DNA of 64,000 bases from Candidatus Hydrogenedentota bacterium (GTDB lineage Bacteria; Hydrogenedentota; Hydrogenedentia; Hydrogenedentales; JAEUWI01): contig JAXMOL010000003.1 of NCBI GenBank assembly GCA_034669905.1, positions 96,001-160,000 on the forward strand. Reading direction: 5' to 3'. Numbering within the stretch: the stretch's first letter is position 1; the number at the start of each line of letters is the position of its first letter. A model generated the notes under the pieces. It saw nothing but the letters and a program-made list of their open reading frames with translations. It made no database searches and was not told where the DNA came from. Position numbers and translations under genes: made by a program. Below, piece after piece: positions 28,212 through 36,802 of this stretch.

Positions 28212-31200
28212 TCAGGGCAGCGCTAAGATTCCCCACTGATCCTTCCCCGACGGCCGAATATAGGCCGCGCTGAAAACCCATATTATCACCTTGCGGCGGT
28301 CGATGTACGATTTGCCTTTGCGGGCCAGCACCCGGGGAATAATAGGACCCGCCGCGTTGCCCAGATGGGAGGCCAGCGGCATGCCCAGTTCAGCCGCAAG
28401 ATGGGCGCTCAGATGGCCCGACAACTCGTTGAAGATCAGCGTGTAGCTATCGCCCATGACCAACGCGGGGCTGTTGTCGTCGTCTGTATAGGGCATGTTA
28501 TCCGCATCAAGTATGCGGGTGACATTCCAGTGCGTTCCGTCGTAGGCCCCCTGCCGTTCTGCTGGCAGGCGGTGGGCAAGATAGGGGATACCCACCGGCT
28601 TTTCCACCGCCGTCGGATGGAAGGGCACCGTCCCCCGCTCCGGCAGGATTCCTTCCGGGATGTGCCGCGCTATTTCCTTTGCCGCGATCGCGATGGCGGT
28701 GCTGTTCCAATGTCCGTCCCCCTCCAGGTAGAGGCTGACATCCGGGTGGGCCGCACGGTAGGCCATGAATTCGGGAAGAAGATCCAGGGCATCCACGCCG
28801 GCCTCCTGCAGCGAGGTTATAAAATTGCTTCGGGGTGGAAAGGGCGGCGCGGAGGAATCCCACGTCGGCAGAAAGGAATCCACGTGGACTTCAATGGCCA
28901 TAGGGGCCGGGACCACGATGAGGTGGATGCCCCGCGCGCGCAGCTGTCGATGGATGTCCACGATGGAAGCGAAGGCCGGGGAAGGGCCGCTGTCTGGTGC
29001 GCCGGGTTTGGCGCGTTGGAGATCGCGCTGGAGAAGGTACTGGGCCGCCTGGCGGGTAAACAGAAACCCGTTGGCTCCTTCCAGCACATTGGGCGCGCCT
29101 TGATTGTATTCGTCGACCACCTGCCGGGCCCGGGCTTCGAGAGCCTCGTGGGGTGTCGGCGCTTCCGGAGGGGCGGCGACCTCCTCACGGGGTTGTGCCG
29201 GGCCCCCTGCGGCGATGGTGGCCTCAAAAACCTCTGACGGCAACAGTTCACTTTCCAGCGCGGCCCGATCGGGCACGGTGGCGCGCAATAGCTTTGCGAC
29301 CTTGCCACGACGGCCCAGAAGGGCCCAATGGAGTGCCGACATCCCCTGCGCATTGTGGCGGGCCGGATCGGCACCCCGCTCCAGCAACGTGGCGACGAGG
29401 GCCTGGTTGCCGATGAAGGCTGCCCAGTCCAGCGGGTGGAGGGTGGCCTTGTCGGGCACGTGGTGCTTAAAGGAATCCCGAGCCGGGTGTCGGCCGATGG
29501 TTTTTCCATAGATGTCCGTGTAGCGGTAGTCGAGGTGGTCACGGTCAAATCGTACCCATTTTCCCCCATGGTGAATATCGGCACCGTGGGTCAGGAGCAG
29601 GGCGATCATAGCGGGATTGTTGCGCCAGATGGCGTAGAAAAGCGGGGAAAACTGGTTGATGTCGCCCCGGTTGGGGTCGACCCCCGCCTCCAAGAGCCAC
29701 CGTGCCCGCTCCAGATCGTTCTGGTAGACCGCTTTGTGCAGGGGGGTGCCCTGTCGAATGAAGGAGCGCCAGTTTTCTGCAGCGTTGATATCGGCACCGG
29801 CTTTCAGGAAGAAGCGGGCGAGGGCGTCGGTGTGGGCCCACATGAAGGGCGTCGATTGATTGCCATCAGGAATATCGATGGCCGCGCCCTGCTCGAGGAG
29901 TACTCGGGCGGTCTCCGGTGCGCGTGCCAGGTGAAGTGGGGCGACGTGGCCCGCAGATTTCAGGTTGGGATCTATGCCCGGCAGTAGGAGGTGGCGAAGG
30001 GCCACGTTGTTGCCGAAGAGTGCGGCCAGATGGATTGGGCTCAGACCCAGTGGTCCCGGGGATTCTGGTGCGTAGCCGTGTTGTACCAGCAGATCGATTA
30101 TCGTGCCCTCGGAGGTGCCCATGGCGGCCCAGTGAAGGGGCGTGGCGCCATCCCGGCTGCGCACGTCGCGGAGGGACTCCGTTTGCAACAGATGGCGAAC
30201 GAGGTCTACATCGCCCTGGTGGACGGCATAGTGCAGTGGGGAAGCGCCTTCCTCCGTGCGCCAGGTGTGGTGGTGGTCCGATGCCAACAGCGCGGTCCGT
30301 GCCGTTTCGGGGTGGTGGGCCATGGTGTGGAAAAAGCGCTCTTCCCGGTTGCCGAACCATCCGAGGGCCACCAGGGCTACGAACAGAACGGTCAGGGCAA
30401 TGCCGAGGCGACGGCCCGGTTTCCACCGGGCCAGGGAATCCCGCCAGGCAATCGGCCGGGGGGCATCGGGGATGGCCGGGTAGGCGACGAGGCACTGGCC
30501 ATACCAATAGGGGCGGCGTGCGATTGCGGCCGCGAAAACAATCAGCCGGGTCCAGCCCAGGGTTGCGATGACAGTGGGGAAAAGGAAAAGGGCGGCCTGG
30601 ACGTAGCGGGGAATCGGCGGTTCCACGAGGATGACCAGCAGCATTTTCAGGAGGAAAAAGAGTCCGGCAATCAGTAGCAGCACCGAGACGGCACCACCGG
30701 AGTAGGGGCGGGAGCCTTCGCCAAAGGCGCGTCGCTCCAGGGGCCAGGAAAAGACCACGAGCACAAGGAGGACAATGGCCAGGGCGATGGAGGGGGGGGC
30801 GTGCCACCCGAAGGCCATACCGCCATGGCCGCCGAGTACCAGGTCCATGGCGAGGCTGCTGCCTTCCACAATCGCCTCGGTCAGCCAAAGGGCGTAGAGG
30901 TCGATGTGGTGGCGAAAGATCTGCTGGCTCATGCGGCTCAGGGCCTGATCCTGCCGCACGTTGTCTGCCCGGGCCGCGTCTGGCGGAAACTGTGCCTGGA
31001 CGGCCCGCGCGATGCGATTGACGTTGACGGCGTATTGGTTGGAGACGGCGCGCCAGTCATCCTGCCAGCCGGGCGTGCTCAGGAAGCGTGGGGTGGGCCA
31101 GCCTTCCCGCGTGCGGGCCATCAGCATGGCAAGGGGTTGCTCTTCTATGGGGAGGGATTGGACGGTGTCGGGCCGCACCATCTCCACGGAGATGCCCACG

Positions 31201-31892
31201 GTGTTCTGCCCCCCGAAAGAGACGAGCCCAAAGTGCCCCACGACAACCAGGCGGAGCAGGCAGAAGAGGAGCAGGGGCAGGGTGCAGGCGCCCAGGGTGG
31301 CCACGCCATGGCGAAGCCCCTTCCCAGGGGCCTGGAATCCCCACCGCTTGCCATAGAGGAACAACCAGCTCAATGGCAGAAAGACGAGTAGAAAGAGAAA
31401 CGCAGGGCGCATCTGAAAGGCCAGAAAGACGGACGCGGCGAGTCCCAGGTACGCGATAGGACGACGGGTGGCCGTTGCCCAGAGCAGACATCCGATGGCC
31501 GCCACGGCGAAGCACTTGGCCAGGGTCTCGGGCATGACCACCTCCACCGGCACCACCCAGAGAATCGGCGAGGCCGCGACAAGGGCCGTCATGCCGGTCA
31601 GTCCATAGCGACGCAGTCCAACAGCAAACACGGCGGTGCAGCAGAGAAGCAGGGCCATCTGGGCCACCGGATAACTTTCAAGCCCCCAACCCAGTCGGGC
31701 CATCAATGCGTGAAATACGGGGTAGCCCAGGGTCCGGATGTCGCTCAGGGACTCGCTCAGGGGCCACAAGGGTACCTTGAAGTAGTGGTCTCCGAGTCCG
31801 GGTACGTTGGGTGTCAGTCCATTCGCATAACTCAGTGCAAGGGCGGCTTGTAAGACAAAGAGCGCCATCGCGGTAGCGTCACCACGTTTCAT
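28212..31892 (-). CDS. 1226-aa fusion: polytopic membrane domain, ankyrin repeats and AlgX/AlgJ-type SGNH O-acetyltransferase domain
   Basis: About 11 TM segments in the first 520 aa; TPLHWAA, SPIHLAA, TPLHKAV, HPLDWAA ankyrins; C-terminal EGANGFLF, DGHWN (DxHW) and MGDSY motifs. Confidence 0.85.
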   Translation of the reverse strand: MKRGDATAMALFVLQAALALSYANGLTPNVPGLGDHYFKVPLWPLSESLSDIRTLGYPVFHALMARLGWGLESYPVAQMALLLCCTAVFAVGLRRYGLTGMTALVAASPILWVVPVEVVMPETLAKCFAVAAIGCLLWATATRRPIAYLGLAASVFLAFQMRPAFLFLLVFLPLSWLFLYGKRWGFQAPGKGLRHGVATLGACTLPLLLFCLLRLVVVGHFGLVSFGGQNTVGISVEMVRPDTVQSLPIEEQPLAMLMARTREGWPTPRFLSTPGWQDDWRAVSNQYAVNVNRIARAVQAQFPPDAARADNVRQDQALSRMSQQIFRHHIDLYALWLTEAIVEGSSLAMDLVLGGHGGMAFGWHAPPSIALAIVLLVLVVFSWPLERRAFGEGSRPYSGGAVSVLLLIAGLFFLLKMLLVILVEPPIPRYVQAALFLFPTVIATLGWTRLIVFAAAIARRPYWYGQCLVAYPAIPDAPRPIAWRDSLARWKPGRRLGIALTVLFVALVALGWFGNREERFFHTMAHHPETARTALLASDHHHTWRTEEGASPLHYAVHQGDVDLVRHLLQTESLRDVRSRDGATPLHWAAMGTSEGTIIDLLVQHGYAPESPGPLGLSPIHLAALFGNNVALRHLLLPGIDPNLKSAGHVAPLHLARAPETARVLLEQGAAIDIPDGNQSTPFMWAHTDALARFFLKAGADINAAENWRSFIRQGTPLHKAVYQNDLERARWLLEAGVDPNRGDINQFSPLFYAIWRNNPAMIALLLTHGADIHHGGKWVRFDRDHLDYRYTDIYGKTIGRHPARDSFKHHVPDKATLHPLDWAAFIGNQALVATLLERGADPARHNAQGMSALHWALLGRRGKVAKLLRATVPDRAALESELLPSEVFEATIAAGGPAQPREEVAAPPEAPTPHEALEARARQVVDEYNQGAPNVLEGANGFLFTRQAAQYLLQRDLQRAKPGAPDSGPSPAFASIVDIHRQLRARGIHLIVVPAPMAIEVHVDSFLPTWDSSAPPFPPRSNFITSLQEAGVDALDLLPEFMAYRAAHPDVSLYLEGDGHWNSTAIAIAAKEIARHIPEGILPERGTVPFHPTAVEKPVGIPYLAHRLPAERQGAYDGTHWNVTRILDADNMPYTDDDNSPALVMGDSYTLIFNELSGHLSAHLAAELGMPLASHLGNAAGPIIPRVLARKGKSYIDRRKVIIWVFSAAYIRPSGKDQWGILALP

Positions 31893-32057
31893 CGTAATTC
31901 CTGTTTGGGTCGGGCGTGATTACCGGAAGCAGTCCGGTGAAGTATTTCCAGTATACGTGGGCGTGGTGAATCGGGCCAAATTGCGCCCGGCGGACGTGGG
32001 GTGGGGGCCACCGGGGAAGGGTTCGCCGCCCTGCCGGGCGGGGGTTGGGCCTAATAT

Positions 32058-32111
32058 TTGGGAAATAAGGCTATATATGGTATCTTGTAAAGAGTTTACA
32101 GCTATATGTGG
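32058..32111 (+). promoter_or_regulatory. upstream sigma70-like promoter overlapped by tandem NrdR-box-like motifs
   Basis: TTGGGA-17-TATCTT with extended TG; CTATATATGG (32071) and CTATATGTGG (32102) 31 bp apart; TGTAAA-gag-TTTACA palindrome between them. Confidence 0.5.
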
Positions 32112-32185
32112 CATTTCTGCCCTTTCCTCGACGTCGGGGTTTTGGCCAAGGCGTTGGGGTGAAAGAAGTTGGGGAGAATTGCCGT

Positions 32186-32214
32186 TTGACCGTTTTTCGG
32201 TGCAATGATACAAT
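32186..32214 (+). promoter_or_regulatory. sigma70 promoter for the MshEN-DnaA gene and probably the pilB run
   Basis: TTGACC-17 bp-TACAAT with extended -10 TG. Confidence 0.75.
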
Positions 32215-32283
32215 CTAGTGTGGTCTTCCTTGGGGAACTGTTTTCCATCGCGGACTGCCGCCCCCCGTACCCGAAACCGGAGT

Positions 32284-34848
32284 ATGCCCAGCCTGATGCT
32301 CGATAGTACCAACAGCAGCGGAATCCGAGATGGCAATGCCACCGATCCGCCCGCGCTCCATTTGGGGGAGTTGTTGGTGGAGGCCAAGCTGATTACCGCC
32401 GAGCAACTGGCTACGGCGGAGGCGAAACGGGCGGAGACGGGTGAGTTCCTGACCAAGATCCTGGTGCAGTCAGAGTGCCTGAGTCAGGAAGACCTGAGCG
32501 CGTGTTTCGTTAAGCGATGCAAGATTCCCCATATCAGTTTGCTTGATTACGATGTGGGCAGTGACGTGCTGGCCCTGGTCCCCCAGGAAGTCTGCCTGAA
32601 GCATGGCCTGATTCCCATCGACAAGCTGGGGCGTATCCTCACGGTGGCCATGGTGGACCCGCTGGATACGGAAGCGCTCGACGTAGTGAAAAATGCCTCG
32701 CCCGAGTTGCGCATTAAGCCCATTCTCTGCAATTGGGCGCACTTCGAGCAGGTCACCAAGAAATATTTCGCCGCGCAAAACGCGGGTAAAGGTGGCGGGC
32801 AAATGAGTGCCGCGTCACTGGGCCTGGCCGCCCTTGCGCCGAAACCGGTCGCCAAAGCGGAGGAGGCGTCGCCCGCGACACCTGCCCCGGCGCCGACGTC
32901 CGCTCCCGCTTCATCTTCTTCGGGCGCACCGGCGGCCTCCCCCCCGAGTCCCGCACCGAGCGCTGCCGCCCCCGTGGATACCGGCCCATTGGTGGCTGCC
33001 ATCCAATCGGGTTTCCAGCATGTGAGCCAGTCTTTTCTGGAGCAAGTGCGGGCCCAATCGGCTCCGGCTCCCATCGAGATGCCGCCCTTTCCGGTGGAAG
33101 CCCTGACCCAGGCCCTTCAGTCTTCCCTGCGGGATGTGGTGGAAACGACGCTCAAGGCCGTACCCGCCCCCGCAGCCGCACCCGAAGTGGCTGCGCCTCA
33201 GGCGGTGAGTGCGCCCGATTTTTCCGGGTTGGAAACGTCATTCCGTGCGGCAATCGGCGATCTGAAAGAAGCCCTGCAATCGTCCATGACGACCCCCGCT
33301 CCCGCTCCCGCACCCGAAGCGGCAGCCCCCCCTGCGGCCGTGGCTCCGGTGGTGAGTGCGCCCGATTTATCGGGGCTGGAAACGTCGTTCCGTGCGGCCA
33401 TCGGCGATCTGAAAGAAGCCCTGCAATCCGCCATGACGACGGCGGCACCGGCGGCGGCATCGACCCCCGGCCCGCCACCGGCTCCCGCGATCTCTCCCGC
33501 CCTGGAAGCGACCCTGCAGCAGCTTTCCGATTCCCTTTCCCGGGAGTCCAACGAGCTATCGGGCGAAGCCATGGCGGAGGTAATTCGAGATAGTGTGGGG
33601 GGTGCCATGCAAGAAGCGTTGGCGGGCGTCATAGTCCAGCTTCGTGCCACGGCCAAGGCCGAAGAACCCTCGCCGCCCCCCTTCGACGCCTTTGCGGAAA
33701 TGATACGGGATACGCTGGGTGGAATCATGCAGGAAACCCTGGCGACCATGCTCATACAATCCAAGGCCAATGCGTCCCAGGAAGGCAATGGCCGTCTGGA
33801 AGAGGTGATCGCGGCCTTGCGTGAATCCCAATCGGGTATCGTGCATTCCATGCAGAGCCTCTTGACGTCCAATCAGCAGTCGCAGGAGGTGCAGAGCGCC
33901 CGGCTGGCTGCCCTGGCGGAAGCGGCCGTGGAATCGTCTCAACAGACCACCCAATTGCTGGAAGCCACCCTGGTGCAGCGGGAGCGCGAAGAAAACTTGC
34001 GTGGGGGCCGTGCGCCCCATGACTCCGTTTCCCCCTTTGGGGCCCCGGTGCCCGGCGCGGTCCCCGATGCGGCCCTGGAAGAAGACGATGCCCGCGTGCG
34101 GGATGCCCTGGAGTCGGAAGTGCCTCTGGAGACCCTGACGTTCAGCACCTTTTTCCCGGGAGACGCCAACGCCTTCACGGCAAAGATTTGCCAGGCGGTG
34201 GCCGCCAAGCCGGGAAGTGAATACAATCCCCTGTTTCTCTATGGGCATGTGGGGTTGGGTAAGACCCACCTTATCAGCGCCGTGGGAAACCATATTAAGC
34301 AGGCCAACCCCCAACAGCGGGTGGGCTATGTTTCTGCCAGCCACTTTGCCCGCCGCCTGAAAGAGGCGGTGGCCGCCGATGCGCAGATGGCTTTTCGTGA
34401 TAATTACTGTCATTGGGATGTGTTGATTCTGGATGACATTCAATTCATGGGCGGCCGGGTGGAAGCACAAGAAGAGTTCTTCCACATCTTTAACGTCTTG
34501 CACCAGCGCGGCCGTCAGATTATCATTGCCGGAGATAAGGCGCCCGATCGTCTGGGTCTGCTGGAGCAGCGCCTGGTGTCCCGATTTGCGAGTGGCATCG
34601 TGGCCGAATTGAAGCCCCCCGAGTGGGAAACGCGGATGAAGATTCTCCGCCAGCAACTCAAGACCAGTGGGGTGACCTTGCCCGAAGAGATTTGTTCTTT
34701 GGTAGCCATGCGCGTTTCCGACGATATTCGTAAGATGGTCGGATCGCTGCGCAAGATTGCCGCCTTTGCGTCCCTTTCCAACGAACCTATCAGTGTGGAG
34801 ATGGCGACAGAGATTCTCAGTCATATCGGTGGAGAAGAAGCGGCATGA
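32284..34848 (+). CDS. MshEN/T2SSE_N domain, low-complexity linker and DnaA-type AAA+ ATPase domain (no DnaA domain I or IV)
   Basis: N-term HLGELLVEAKLITAEQL...LIPIDKLGRILTVAMVDPLD as in PilB N-domains; C-term TFSTFFPGDAN, YNPLFLYGHVGLGKTHL, LILDDIQF, QEEFFHIFN, RLVSRF, PEWETRMKIL, DIRKMVGSL; stops right after domain IIIb. Confidence 0.9.
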   Translation: MPSLMLDSTNSSGIRDGNATDPPALHLGELLVEAKLITAEQLATAEAKRAETGEFLTKILVQSECLSQEDLSACFVKRCKIPHISLLDYDVGSDVLALVPQEVCLKHGLIPIDKLGRILTVAMVDPLDTEALDVVKNASPELRIKPILCNWAHFEQVTKKYFAAQNAGKGGGQMSAASLGLAALAPKPVAKAEEASPATPAPAPTSAPASSSSGAPAASPPSPAPSAAAPVDTGPLVAAIQSGFQHVSQSFLEQVRAQSAPAPIEMPPFPVEALTQALQSSLRDVVETTLKAVPAPAAAPEVAAPQAVSAPDFSGLETSFRAAIGDLKEALQSSMTTPAPAPAPEAAAPPAAVAPVVSAPDLSGLETSFRAAIGDLKEALQSAMTTAAPAAASTPGPPPAPAISPALEATLQQLSDSLSRESNELSGEAMAEVIRDSVGGAMQEALAGVIVQLRATAKAEEPSPPPFDAFAEMIRDTLGGIMQETLATMLIQSKANASQEGNGRLEEVIAALRESQSGIVHSMQSLLTSNQQSQEVQSARLAALAEAAVESSQQTTQLLEATLVQREREENLRGGRAPHDSVSPFGAPVPGAVPDAALEEDDARVRDALESEVPLETLTFSTFFPGDANAFTAKICQAVAAKPGSEYNPLFLYGHVGLGKTHLISAVGNHIKQANPQQRVGYVSASHFARRLKEAVAADAQMAFRDNYCHWDVLILDDIQFMGGRVEAQEEFFHIFNVLHQRGRQIIIAGDKAPDRLGLLEQRLVSRFASGIVAELKPPEWETRMKILRQQLKTSGVTLPEEICSLVAMRVSDDIRKMVGSLRKIAAFASLSNEPISVEMATEILSHIGGEEAA
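33205..33441 (+). repeat. two 90-bp near-identical coding direct repeats (147-nt period)
   Basis: 33205-33294 VSAPDFSGLETSFRAAIGDLKEALQSSMTT and 33352-33441 VSAPDLSGLETSFRAAIGDLKEALQSAMTT. Confidence 0.9.
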
Positions 34849-34938
34849 GGCCGATACAAGAAGAGACACGACCCATGCAGCACATCGGTCTACGATTCAG
34901 CGGCGTTTTAAACGCCTTACCAGGAAAGGAGGGCACGA

Positions 34939-36663
34939 ATGGCGACACGCGCAACTAAGAAGCGATTGCCCGACATGTTGCTGGAACAGCAACTCGTGAC
35001 CCAGGAGCAGTTGCAGGAGTGCATCAACCTGCACCGTCAGACCGGCCAGAGCCTGCCGAGCCTCCTGGTGAGTAAGGAGTATCTTTCCGAGGAAGACTTG
35101 GTTATCACCCTGAGCGAGCAGCTGGGGATTCCTCACATTCGCGTGGCCCACTATTCGATCCCGAAAGAGGTGCTTTCCGAGGTGCCCGAGACCCTGGCGC
35201 GTCAGTATCAGATGTTGCCGGTGAGTGTCACCGGGGATGTGTTGACCCTGGCCATGGCCGATCCGCTGAATATCATGGCCCTGGACGATCTGCGGATGCT
35301 GACGAGTTTCGAAATCGAGCCGGTGGTGGCGGTGGCTTCCGAGCTGGCGGGTGCAATTGAAAAGCACTACGGCGGGGGTAAGGCCGAAGACCTCTATGCA
35401 TCGCTCGTCGGTACCGAGGAGAAAGATGGGGATGTTGAAGAGCTCAAGGCGACGGACGATATCGAAGACGTCTCCAAGCTCGAAGTGGGCGCCGAAGATG
35501 AGCCCGTCAAGAAGCTGGCCCGACTGATTCTTTTCAACGCCCTCGAACGGGGTGCGAGTGATATTCACCTGGAGCCCTTCGAGAAACTGATTCGCATCCG
35601 CTATCGTGTGGACGGAACCCTGGAAGAGGCCAAAGCCCCGCCCAAGAGTTTGCAACAGAACATCATCGCCCGTTTCAAGATCCTCTGTGGTTGTCGTATC
35701 GACGAGCACCGGCTCCCCCAGGATGGTCGCTTTCGTATCCGCTATAACGCCCGCGAGATCGACTTTCGTGTGGGTTTTCTTCCATGTAAATACGGTGAGA
35801 AGATCGTACTCCGTGTGCTGGACCAGTCTAATCTGACGCTGGGCCTGGAAACCCTGGGATTCGAGCCCCAACCGGTAGGCGCCATGTTGGAGGCCCTGAA
35901 GCTTCCCCACGGAATGCTGTTGCTGACGGGGCCTACGGGTTCCGGTAAGACGACCACGCTCTATAGTGCCCTGCACAAGCTGAATTCACCAGAAGCCAAC
36001 GTGGTGACGGTAGAAGACCCCATCGAATATGACCTTTTCGGGGTGAACCAGGTGCAGGTACAGTCCACCATCGGCTTTACCTTCGCTTCGGCCCTGCGCC
36101 AGATCCTGCGTCAGGACCCGGATATCGTGATGGTCGGTGAAATTCGAGACGGTGAAACGGCCGACGTTGCGGTTAAGGCCGCGTTGACCGGTCACCTCGT
36201 ATTGAGTACCTTGCACACCAACGACGCGGCCGGTGTATTCCCCCGTCTGACGGATATGGGCATCGAGCCTTTCCTGGTGCAGTCCTCCGTGGCCCTGGCG
36301 GCCGCACAGCGACTCTTTAAGCGGGTTTGTTCGGACTGTAAGGAGCCCATCAACGTACCGGATGAGGTCTTGGATCGCATCCAGTGGCGCGGCTTTGACT
36401 ACCTGGAAGAAATACAGTTCGTGCGTGGGCGGGGATGTAGCCGTTGTAAAGAGACGGGTTACCGCGGCCGTGTCGCCGTGATTGAAGCCCTCCTCAACTG
36501 GCCGGAATTGCAGCCCCTGGTGTTACAACGGGCCTCGGGCTACGATATCAAGAATCAGGCCATCGCCTGTGGCATGCAGACCTTGCGTCAAAATGGCCTG
36601 GCCAAAGCCGCCAAAGGCGTGTCGACCATCGAGCAGGTCTTGGAGCATACGAGTCACGACTAG
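34939..36663 (+). CDS. pilB: type IV pilus assembly ATPase PilB (GspE/PulE family)
   Basis: T2SSE_N domain, ASDIHLEP, PQDGR, GPTGSGKTTT, TVEDPIEY, LRQDPDIVMVGEIRD, TGHLVLSTLHTN, CSDC/CSRC Zn motif. Confidence 0.93.
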   Translation: MATRATKKRLPDMLLEQQLVTQEQLQECINLHRQTGQSLPSLLVSKEYLSEEDLVITLSEQLGIPHIRVAHYSIPKEVLSEVPETLARQYQMLPVSVTGDVLTLAMADPLNIMALDDLRMLTSFEIEPVVAVASELAGAIEKHYGGGKAEDLYASLVGTEEKDGDVEELKATDDIEDVSKLEVGAEDEPVKKLARLILFNALERGASDIHLEPFEKLIRIRYRVDGTLEEAKAPPKSLQQNIIARFKILCGCRIDEHRLPQDGRFRIRYNAREIDFRVGFLPCKYGEKIVLRVLDQSNLTLGLETLGFEPQPVGAMLEALKLPHGMLLLTGPTGSGKTTTLYSALHKLNSPEANVVTVEDPIEYDLFGVNQVQVQSTIGFTFASALRQILRQDPDIVMVGEIRDGETADVAVKAALTGHLVLSTLHTNDAAGVFPRLTDMGIEPFLVQSSVALAAAQRLFKRVCSDCKEPINVPDEVLDRIQWRGFDYLEEIQFVRGRGCSRCKETGYRGRVAVIEALLNWPELQPLVLQRASGYDIKNQAIACGMQTLRQNGLAKAAKGVSTIEQVLEHTSHD

Positions 36664-36802
36664 CGAGTTCAGTAATCCATGCCTTTAAAAAGGCTGCGGA
36701 AGCGTAGTAAAGGGTGGGAGCCGTCGCCGACCGGGGGGTGCGTCGGGCGACGTGAAGCGCGGAAGAACGAGGGGAATTGCGCCTCGTCTAAAAGGAGAAA
36801 TA

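Noticed and set aside
34120..34848. Calling this gene the chromosomal initiator dnaA, with oriC nearby
   Set aside because: No domain I or IV, no dnaN/recF/gyrB neighbours and no DnaA-box cluster in the flanks
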